Assembly: GCA_010015585.1 (NCBI GenBank)
Contig: ML975149.1
Origin: Eremomyces bilateralis CBS 781.70
Taxonomy: Eukaryota
Length of the DNA stretch: 64,000 nucleotides
Reading direction: 5' to 3' (one strand)
Each line of letters starts with the position of its first letter. Position 1 is the stretch's first letter. The position numbers and the translations under genes were made by a program. Below, piece by piece: positions 12,753 to 23,081 of this stretch. Below the pieces are notes generated by a model that worked only from the letters and a program-made list of their open reading frames with translations, was not told the DNA's origin and did not search any database.

Positions 12753-13674
12753 CTACGGATTCTGATCAAACCCCATGCTATACCCCCCCGTCTTCTCATC
12801 CTTCACGAACTGAAAGTTATTCGTCGATAGCCCGAACGGCTTCAAGATCCCGTTCCCCAGCTGCTTCAGCTTCCCCATCACCTCCGCCATCTCGTTCTGC
12901 TTCGCCGCCTCCATTTTCGCCGGCAGCGCGCGGCGCGCGAGGTCGAGCGTTTTGCGGTCCTGGGAAGAGAGGGTGGAGAGGGTGGAGAGATAGGTGTAGT
13001 CTAGAATAGAGGAGTAAGTCGGCCGTGTTCACATTGCCGCGGTGGATTTATTAATGGAATCGTGAGATACGCGACGTACCTTGGTCTGCGCCCTCCAAAT
13101 CCGCCCACTTCCCCAGTTGCATCCTCGCGTTCGCCCGCCGCATGAGCGCCTTGGTACGAATCCGCTGCACATCGTCGACGGTCCATCCTAACCTCTGCAA
13201 CGTCTCCATCGGCGTCTCTCTAGCCTCCGAGCTCTCCTCCTCTCCGTCCTCCACTTGTTCCTCTTCCTCTTCCGCCTCCGATGACTCCACAATCGTCGTC
13301 GCAACCTCTGCTTTTGTTTCCCCATCCCCCACCCCCTTCTCCTCCACCCCTCCCTTCCCTGGCATCACCCACCCATCCACCCTCGCCAACCCCTCCAGCG
13401 CCCCTTCCGCGCTCTCCATCGCCTCCCTCCACTGCTCCAGCCTCACATGGCACGCGGCGATGTTGCTCCGCAGGACGGCGATCTCGTAGTCGAGGTAGGC
13501 GGGCAGCGGGGCGAGCGCGCGGAGGTAGCCGGTGAGGGCGGCGTCGTAGGCGCCAGTGGTGAAGAGGTGGTTGGCGGCGGTTTTTTGGGTGGTGGAGGTG
13601 GCGAGGAGGGGGGATTCGGAAGTGGGGGGGAGGAGGGCGTAGGAAGCAGGAAGTTGGGACGACGGTGAGGACAT
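12753..13674 (-). CDS. TPR protein, TTC1-like (2 exons)
   Basis: TPR helices (ANHLFTTGAYDAAL...LRSNIAACHVRLEQW; KALMRRANARMQLGKW). Intron 13001-13079. The spliced C-terminus EVMGKLKQLGNGILKPFGLSTNNFQFVKDEKTGGYSM resembles the TTC1 tail. Confidence 0.85.
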
Positions 13675-14038
13675 GGTGGGTGGGTGGTATGGTGGATATT
13701 TACCCGTGGATAGGTATATGATATGAGTTTAGGGTTTCCAGAGTTGGAGATGGGATGTTGGATGGTTGATCATGGATGGTGGACGTCCCCAATAATGCGA
13801 TTCCTGGCCACGGAGGCCTTCCCGAATCCGGAAATATATCCGCCACATCGATGTCTTATCATGGAAAGGTATCCTGATATATTCACCACTACTAGTCACC
13901 AGTCACTGCTCAAGATCCTCAAGTGGTGAACTCAATCCCCCCTTTAAGAAACCCCAGACTTACTGTCTTCAACACCATAGCCAGAAAACAAATTGTGATC
14001 TATACCAAAGCCTATTCCTCATCCCCCCATCGTAAACC

Positions 14039-14969
14039 ATGACCTCCCCCCGAGGCCTCCCGCGCATCCGCGCCTGCATTTTCGACATGGACGGCGTGCT
14101 CATCGACTCCGAAGACCTCTACACCGTCGCCGTCAACAAGATCCTCGCCGCCCACGGCAAGCCCAACCTTCCCTGGCACATTAAAGCGCAGCTCCAAGGC
14201 CGACCCGCGCTTGAAGTATGTGAACCCTGAGACTACCCAGCCCAATCGATCTCCAAAGCCCCGGCAGTACATATCAAACAGCAACTAACCCTCCCTTCAG
14301 GCCACCCGCATCTTCCACACCTGGGCCCAACTCCCCCTCTCCACCACTGAATACACCACCCTCCTCCACGCCCACCACACCGCCCTCTTCCCAACCTGCC
14401 GCCCCCTCCCCGGCGTCGAACCCCTCCTCACCACCCTGGCCACCGGCACCGCGCCCCCCACCCGCATCGCTCTCGCCACTAGCTCGTACAGCGGCACCTT
14501 CGCCCTCAAAACCACCCACCTCGCCCACGTGTTCGGGAACTTCCCCGCCGACTGTCTGGTGAAGGGTGACGACCCGCGCATCCCCAAAGGACGCGGAAAG
14601 CCGGCGCCAGATATTTTCTTGGTGGCGTTGCGGAGCGTGAATGAGGGGTTGGAGAAGGGGGAGGAGGCGATCCGGCCGGAGGAGTGTTTGGTGTTTGAAG
14701 ATAGTGTGCCGGGGGTGGAGGCGGCCAGGCGGGCGGGGATGCAGGTGGTCTGGGTGCCGCATATGGGGTTGTGGGGGGAGGTGAAGGGGAGGGAGGGGGA
14801 GGTGTTGGCGGGGTTGACGGGGGAACATGTGGAGGAGGCGGAGGTGGTGGCGGAAACGGGGAGTGGAGGGTGGCCTGGGAAGAAGGGGGACGCTTGGGGA
14901 CGACGATTGGAAACACTGGAGGGGTTCCCGTTCCATGAGTACGGAATAACGATTGAGGAACGCAAATAG
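14039..14969 (+). CDS. HAD-superfamily phosphatase (HDHD1/pseudouridine-5'-phosphatase-like)
   Basis: Motif I CIFDMDGVLIDSE, LATSS, GKPAPDIF and CLVFEDSVPGVEAARRAGM. Intron 14216-14300. Confidence 0.88.
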
Positions 14970-15286
14970 AGGGCGAAAGAGAGAGAGCACTCGGGATGAT
15001 TAAATACCACTAAAGTTCAAGACAGAAATTAGAGGTCAAGGAGCGGTTGAATGGTCAACGAGCAAGGTACTTTTGCTTTCTACATCCACAGCGTCGCCAA
15101 AGGAAGCGTTTCATCGGGTACGGTATATTAAATATGTGACGATCCATTCCGCCTAAACCCGAGTTCCAGAGATCATGACATCCAGCCAGGCCAGGCAACC
15201 GAGGGCCCTAACGGTCCCTCGCTTGAGGAATCATGTCTGCGGCCGTCAATCCATCGTTGCGCCATTTCCTCTCGTCCCGGACATCT

Positions 15287-16392
15287 CTACTCCACCACCT
15301 CGATCTTCTTGTCCTCCGTCGCGGTCTCCCCCTCGAGCTCCGGCATATCGTCATCCTCGTCCTCGCCCTCCGCGCCGCCGGCGCCCGCCATGCCTTGTAG
15401 CGCAGACATATCCATGCCGCCCATGCCGGCCATGTTTTGCAGCGCGGACATGTCCATACCACCCATGTCGCCGCCGAGTTTCGAGAAGTCGATCCCGCCG
15501 AAGCCGCCTTCGCCGCCGCCCATGCCTCCCATGCCGGGCATGCCGCCCATGCCGGGCATGCCGCCCATGCCTTCCATGCCTTCCGGGCCGCCCGGGCCGC
15601 CCATGCCGCCCATCTTCGAGAGGTAGTCGTCGTCGACGACTTCGTCTTGCTCGTCCTCGTCGACCCACTGGTCTGGTGTTAGCGGTCCATTGAACGAAGA
15701 AAGGTGGGAGGTGACATCAGCGGCGCTCATCCGGAACACTCGGCTCGACTCCGGAAGAGGATGAGAGCTCGGACGAGCTGCGCCATGGAATCACGAAACT
15801 CACCTTATTGAAATCGGTCTTCAAGAAGTGCACCTTCTTGGTATCCTTCAACAAGCGCGGCCAGAACTCCTCCTTCAGCTCCTTCTTGCGCAGCACCAGC
15901 TCGACGTCCCGCGACGTGTGGTTGATCTTCGTCTCCTTATCGTCGATCTCGGCGAAGAACTCCAGCTCGACGTGGTAGGTCACCTTCTTCGTCTTGGAGG
16001 GGCCCGTGAAGGTCAGTTTCGTCGGGGTGATCTCCAGCTTCAGGTCGGCCGGGGCCACGTCCGAGGCGGAGATGGTGAGGAAGACGTGGTTCTTGGTGGC
16101 ATCGCTGCTGGAGGAGCGCTGGGCCCATAGGACTGGAGGGGGTGTTAGCGGTTGGGGGGAAGAAAAGGCATATCAGTTGATGTCGGATGGAGCTGAGCTG
16201 GGTCCGAGGATCGGAAGGACGACTAAGGAACGGCGAAGATATTCTTTCGAGGGAGGGTAGATCGTTGTGATCATTGTCACCCTCTCAGCACTTCTTCCTC
16301 ATGCGACCGATCCCCGGATGCCATGGAGTGAAAATTGAGAAGGCTGAACCGAAGCTCTACGTACCTTCAGGTGTGACGGTGGGGTTTGACAT
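15287..16392 (-). CDS. SBA1: Hsp90 co-chaperone p23 (Sba1/Wos2), 3 exons
   Basis: Spliced MSNPTVTPEVLWAQRSS...FWPRLLKDTKKVHFLKTDFNKWVDEDEQDE with a GM-rich acidic tail. Introns 16133-16364 and 15668-15803. Confidence 0.93.
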
Positions 16393-17366
16393 TGTGGGGT
16401 TGATGGAGTGGATAGGTTTGAGAAGTGTCTTGATTGTTGGAAAATAGATGGGTGATGGGTGAGAAGTGAAAGTTGGTCCTGTTGTGATGAAACGCGCAAC
16501 CAAAATTTGCAAGGGGATGTGGTTGTGGAAGTTTGTGTGGAAGTTGTGTTGAAGACGGTGAAAAGTGCCTCGAAATGTTAATGGCGAATGATGAGGCTGT
16601 TTAGGCGGTTGCTGTCGCAGTGCCACACAAGGAACTTAACACTGCACAGCCAGAGCGCACACGAAGCTGGTGGAAGCGGATGGAAATCCCCTGTGTCCAC
16701 CGAAATACCGGACGAAACATGCACTGACGTGTATTACAGATCTGGGTGTAACATTTCAATTTTCCCCCTCGACTTGTCCATGAGATCGCAGTTTGGTTAC
16801 AATGCCTTTTTGAGCCGTTATTGGCGAGGTTTGAAGTGAGATTGGTGATACTGCTCAATATGGCGCCTGATGGCTGCCCTCAAGTGACTCTAGGCGGTCA
16901 CTCCATAATCAAACATCGTTAATTGAAACGATTGGATATTTCATGTGAGCCGACAGGATTTAAGCTTACTTTAAGGAAGCATAGAATTGGTCCCGCTCCC
17001 GGGACTGTCCTACGTTACCGCTGGGGATGTTCTACGCGAGTATGTGTGGTGTGGTAACTCCGAATATGCGTGCGACGCTACCGAAGGCCACGGCTACTAT
17101 CAAACCATCGTCATTGAAAGTAAATTCATCTGAACAACTCGAAACCCTGTCGAATAATGGCTGTTATTCATAGTGGCAGCTTGATACTGCTATAAGGCCT
17201 TCTCTCAGACCACCTGTAACCATAGCCGTAGCCCCGGGGCCGAATGCTGGACAATCCAGTCCGTCTTCGTGATGCCTGAAATACATGCGTCGCTCGTAGT
17301 TCCTTGTCATCAGATCTCCATGAACCGAGCCGCGTTCAGGGTTATATTCCCCTCCCCCCTCTCGCC

Positions 17367-20300
17367 CTAGATCTTCCACCCCAACACATCCACCTTCGTC
17401 CCCTCCGCCTTCGCGTCCCCCTTCACCTTCCCTCGAACCGGCTCCGAGTTCATGTAATCCGCCACCAGCCCAAGCATCGACCCACGCGGCGCCTCGGAGA
17501 ACAATCGCGCCCGCGACGCCTCCGCTCCGGGCCCTCGCGCATGCGGCCGTGTTACCGTGTGCCGCGTCGAGGAGCTTGATCCGCTTGCCTGACCTCCGCT
17601 ATGCATCATCCGCACCGTCGGCTTTTCTCGCCTCTCAACACTCCTCTCCACGGACTTATCATCTCTCTTCTTTCCCGGATTCAACGCCCCGATAGCTGCA
17701 GGCGAGCCTCTCCCCTTCTCAATGATCTTCCGCTTCTTCGCGCCGCTGGGCGTCCCGCCCGGCGTCTCTGCGCTGTCACGAACCCGCTTGGTTCCCGATA
17801 AGTTGCTCGAGATCCGTGGCATCGTCCCCCGCTGCGGCGTTGCGTTCATCACCGTGCTGCCCCGTCTGCTCGAGGCCGCGCTCATCGAGCTCTCGCGCTT
17901 GTTTTTGGCCTTTAGGGTGGCCGTGGCCTTCAAGGCCGCCATGTGCGCGATGACTTCGGGCGTAAGCACCCCCGTCTGCGCTGCCATGTCCGTATCCGTC
18001 CATCCGCTCCCATTCCCATCGTTGTTCGGTATGCCGATTATCACCGGATTCTCGGGTCTCACGGGCTTGAGTTCTATACGCCGTAAATAACTCAGGAGGT
18101 GTTCGGGGGGCGTCGACTTTGCTATGCAGGCATCGGAGTACTTCTTGTAGCCCTTGTTCGCGAGGACGATGCTGTCGTAGAGCTCGGGTGGGAACTCGGC
18201 TGGCGAGATTCTGGTGTGAATGATATCGCAGATACGGTTGAATTCGCTGGATTTGAGGAGCGTGGTCGACGCGGGGTATGCTCGGCAAAAGTCTGCGCGG
18301 ATAGATTCCCGAGTCGCGGTGGTGAGATCGATGGATTTGGGCGGTGGTTTCGACTCCGGTGTGGAAGGGTCAGATGTGGCGGATTTGGAGATGAGGTCGA
18401 TGGACTTGGACTGTGGTTTCGGCTTCGCTTTGGAAGGTTCGGGTGTGGGTGATTTGGAGATGAGGTCGACCTCGACCGATGGTTTCGACTTCGGTTTGCA
18501 AGGTTCGGGTGTGGGGGATTCGGAAACGAGGTCGACAGACTCAACGGGTTGGGACATGGGAAGTTGGAACGGGGAGGATTTGGTGGCCGAGGACCGTTTG
18601 GGGAGAGATGTCGACATGGGTGACTGGCGCGGAAGGGATGGTGGGGTTGATGTATAGAGGCGCTCCGCGTTGTTGGATTGTATCTTGCCGATCCGGGCGG
18701 CTGGACCAGACCAAAGCCTAGACGGGGATGGATGGTGGTCTTCGCCTCTCTTCTGTTCGGTTGATATGGAGGACTGGCGCGCCACAGATGGTGGGGTTGA
18801 TATGCGGCCGAACCCCATTGGGTTGGGTTGTCTCTTGCCAACCACAACGTCTGAACCATACCGAAGCCTAGACCGGGGTCTATGGCGGTCTTCCTCTCCT
18901 TTTTGTCCAGGTGACACGGAGGGTTGGCGCGGGACGGATGGTGGGGTTAATATGCGGTTGGACTTCATGGTGTTGGGTTGCCCCTTATCCCCCACAACGT
19001 ATGGAGTGTATCGGGGCCGAGCCGGAGATTCCGACCGGTCGTCCTTCCCTGCCTGTTCCGCCAACATGGGAGCAGGCGTCGAAAGTCTTGGTGCCACTTC
19101 CTGAGGCCGGGGGGATGTGGACACGGATGACCGCGCAGTGGATGGTGGGCTTGACGTCAGGACGAACTCTGTTCGGCGCGATCGAATCGTCTCCGCCACG
19201 ATGTCGGGACTGCACCGAACCCCAGCTGGGGGTTCCGGTAGGTCTTCCTCTGCCGTCTGTTGAACCAAAATGGGAGCGGGGCCCGAAGGCCTGGGCTTAA
19301 GCAGACTGCCACCAAAGCCCCTTGAGATTAACGGGTTCCTGGCGCTGCCCGGGCTCGGTCTTGAGAACCTTCCATTTATGTTAGGGGGAGGCGTGCCTGG
19401 ACTTGCCGAGCGGCTGACATATGCTTGATTCTCCGGGTGCATTTCAGGGGGGCCGACTCGGATCTTAGCCGCCCTCGGTTGCGGGCTCTTCTCGCTGCTT
19501 GCACGAGGGGCGACCGTCGCCATTCGACCCTCAATTGAGCTTCGTGTGACTTTGGGGATATAGGAAATCGTGGGCGGTTGCGTGAGATGGGGATGGCTGC
19601 TAGGCACATGCTCCGCATGATCGCTATTTGGTATGACATTGGAATCGTCCGCTACGTCATTGTGGCCACCATCACGAAGTTGATGATCGATTGCCTCTTG
19701 TTGCTGCGACTCAAGAGAAATAAAAGCATGATCTCTCGGCAAGAACTTTCGGACTTCCAGCTTCTTGGTCGATTGGCCACTCCTAAGCTGTTCCTCGGCC
19801 GCCTCCTCCGCCGAGGACATTGGTGTTCCACGTACCATAACCGTCGGTGAAGACTTGTGGGAAGACTCAGGCACAGTCTTGAGGACTGGTCCTGCTTTTT
19901 CCTTTACCAAGGGCCTGGGAATGGAGATTTCCATGTCAGATAGAAACGTACTGGCCACCATCGAGTCGTGTCCTTTGGAGACCGCGGCTCCGTCGTAGCC
20001 AAATGGTTCACCGGGGCCGTAAATGTCCATGATATCGGAGCTGCTTAGTTCATCTGCCATGCGGCTACTGCCACGGTTGGATGGAGCACATTCGTGTTCA
20101 TCGTCAGAGATACTGTCGCTTTGCAGCTGCTTGCTTGGAGTGACGACTACCATGAGCGGAGAGTTATCAATCTCGTCGACTGATCCACGACAATACTGCC
20201 TGTTCGGAGTACCTGGCACATTGACAATGGATCTGGCATCCGGCATCGCTTCTCCTCCCGTAGTATCTTCCGGTTCGATTGCAGGGACTGAGCTGTCGGG

Positions 20301-22208
20301 AGGAAGCGCGTTCCGCTTTTTAGGCGTAGGAGAAGGTGTCCAGCTATATGCGGATGATGGGGGAGGCCCATCTGCTTTCTCGGCATTCTCGCGAATCACG
20401 TCCTCCTCGGTGTCGGTTTCGGATTCTAGTTCGCTTGAGGTGGTGGTGGTCGAGTCTTGGGTCACGGGCTGCGTTTCGTGGGGAGGTGGACCGGACGTGG
20501 CGCCATTGCGAGCATCGTGTCCATTCCGAAGCTGATTGCTCAGTTCGTTGTTGGGAGGATGTTTTGTAACTGTTGTCTCGTTTCCACGACCCTCCATTGC
20601 CAAAATCACAGCGTCCGGGACACTCATCCGGTTAAAATTGCCGGGATTGCGCAGCCAGGACGCTTCCTCAATAAGCAATTTGTCTTGATCTTTCGGGACC
20701 AAGCATATACGGCGCGTAAGTGGGACATTAAAGTGTTTGCGCTCTTGTTTCTGTTCTATACTCGCCCGTTTCGCCCGCCTTGGTTCGTCATCATCGGCAG
20801 AGCGTTTGCGCTTCATCTCCTTTCGAGGGGTTCCACATAACATGCGTGTTAGAGGGACTGAGAATGGCTGTAACTGTTCTTGACGGGATGTGTTGGGATC
20901 TGGATTCACTTGTTTTAGTTGATCCTCGGAAGAGCTTTCATCCTTCGTCTCATTTCGTGGCGTCTTGCACGACGTTCCTGTCAGCGGTGCTGAAGATGGC
21001 CTGGTGCGCGAATTCTCTTGGGTGGATGTGCCAGGATCTGGCAACCGGTCGCCGTCCACGTCCATCACTTCTGCGTTGGAAGAGTTGTGCTCGTTATCGA
21101 TCTCCTCGACCAATGCCATGATTTCGGGCTCAAGTTCGGAGACAGGGGCTGTGCCAGATTGGTTAGCCCCTCGATGAACATCGGATGAGGCATCGCTATT
21201 GGCAGGATCAGGAGCAACGTGGACAGGAGATCCAGCGTTGGATCCTCGATGCCTATCTCCCTCATCAGAATCGTCGTAGAGAGAATCATAAGACCGTTCC
21301 CGAGCGGCTGGAAGTTCGGGAGTACGTGCCCGTTGTAGGCGAGGCTTAAGGAGTTGGAGGAGTTGATCGGCTTTGGTGACAGCGTTCTTCGGAGGCCTGG
21401 AGAGAACAATGGGTCGAAATTCCGGAGAGCGCGGTGGAAGTTGGGTCATCATGTTCGAAATCTGAGTTTCCATAACAGGCGCGTCTGCAGACATGGAAGG
21501 CGAGCGGGACTTGGGTTTATGTTTTACCCGTGTGCCGACAATGGGACCAGGGCTCCCTTCATCGTCTGCCATCGCATCTTCGCCTGCTCCCTCCCCGTGT
21601 TCAGGAGATAGCTCAGACATAAGCGAATACGGATCCTCCATCCGCTGAAGTTTCTCCTTTATTTCCCGATCTTCTCCTATATACACTGGACTTCCGTGAA
21701 GGTGCTCGCTTGAAGAAACCCACTCAAAGTCTTTTACGAATAGAGATATTTGGTCGGTACCGCTAACCAGCTTCGAGGATCGGATATCGAGGGCTTTCAG
21801 GTTGATGTACCCCTTCCATGTGGTGTCGCTAAATGGACGGTTGTGTAGGGACGTCCACCGTGTGATGCAGTCTTGAGAGAACTTGGCCGAGACCCAGTGA
21901 TCGCCGTCGGATAGTTTTGCTTTTAGAGACCTGCCTTGGTTGACGACCTAGAGGTTTTGTAAGTGTGCGACATGTATAGTCCACCAAACATTTGAAAATA
22001 CCTTGTGGATTTGGACTATACGGGAGGCCAAAATTCCCGTACTAACGGTAACCCGAAGGTAGTTGTTGTTGTCGTCGTATAGCTTTTCCGCTGTTTGAGA
22101 ACTTTGCGATGTACTCGGTGGTTGTCGAAGCCAGATAGATGCATTCCCCAGCTCGTCCGAGACTACCTTTCGCAACCAAGGTTTCCGTAGATGACCGGAT
22201 TCAGACAT
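17367..22208 (-). CDS. Large (~1600 aa) protein with N-terminal TPP1/Est3-like OB fold, putative shelterin subunit
   Basis: Exon 1 (22002-22208, LRKPWLRKVV...IVQIHK) splices over intron 21948-22001 into VVNQGRSLKAKLSDGDHWVSAKFSQDCITRW...KGYINLKALDI...ISLFVKDFEW, in frame with ORF 17367-21686. The PW...VQI...LSDG.hW..A.FS pattern resembles the TPP1/Est3 OB domain. The remainder is low-complexity S/P-rich. Confidence 0.7.
18320..19020 (-). repeat. Intragenic coding tandem repeats: 66-69-bp units (x4) and 150-bp units (x~3)
   Basis: xVDLx motifs recur every 22-23 aa. GATGGTGGGGTT recurs at 18637, 18787 and 18937 (50-aa period). Confidence 0.85.
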
Positions 22209-22314
22209 GGGTGCAGATCAGTGTTAGATGAGAAAGGAGTGGGAGGTCCATGACAGGGGGTTGGAAGGAACGCAAGGAGATGAGATGCCGGCGACACTCG
22301 AAGTAGGAAGGGAC

Positions 22315-22408
22315 GAAGGGATGGGTGAAGGGTGGAGTATGAAGGGTGAAGGGTGAAGGGTGAAGGGTGAAGGTGGAGAATGGAGAGTGGAGGGTGGAGG
22401 ATGAAGGG
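22315..22408. repeat. (TGAAGGG)n G-rich heptamer array
   Basis: Four perfect TGAAGGG units at 22340-22367 with degenerate flanking units. Confidence 0.9.
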
Positions 22409-22567
22409 AAAGTTGTTCTGGTGAATTGAATATTCACGTCACTCTCATCGAGCTTCTGGAGAAAATGTAGATTAGGGACAATAATGCGACAATAATACGC
22501 CAGTAATACGGAAATGATGAGCCGTTGAGGTGGTGAGCCTTTGCATGAGAGCCAGGAGAGGGACGGC

Positions 22568-22585
22568 ACGCGTTGTTGGACGCGT
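22568..22585. promoter_or_regulatory. Tandem MCB (ACGCGT) elements in the TPP1-like/FAB1 divergent promoter
   Basis: ACGCGT at 22568-22573 and 22580-22585. Confidence 0.5.
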
Positions 22586-23081
22586 TTCGGCGGGGAAGGG
22601 GGGCGGTCAGCTGACTGTACGACACGGCCCGAGAACTGGTTCGAGAACCAATGTCCAATGAGCGATGGGAGGTCAAAGTGACTTGCCGCGTATCGAAGTA
22701 CCCCAGAATCCCAAGACCCAAGTTGCCGACAGCCGATTGTGACACTCGGGAGGCATCAAGGCAATAAGGCGCCCAAACCTGTCAACGTCAGTCGTCACTT
22801 CGTGATGGAGAGCTCAAGCTGTCACACGTCACAAGTGGATGAATCCCTACCTTACATCGATGGATCGCTCACCTCCACCTTCGTTTGCCTTGGATCTGAT
22901 ATATATTCAGCCTTGAATCCACTGTACACCCACCGGAAATATCTACGAGTCCCATGCCGTCAACGTCCTATTACACGCCGACCCGGCTACTTCTTTGTCT
23001 CCTCCCATCCCTTCCCTCTCCACCACCGACCCGACTTAGACATCTTGCTTCAACCCGTCTCATGAACATAGCCGGGTAGCC

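Noticed and set aside
15380..15615. GC-rich 9/18/42-bp repeats in the p23 3' exon
   Set aside because: They encode the known GM-rich tail of fungal p23.
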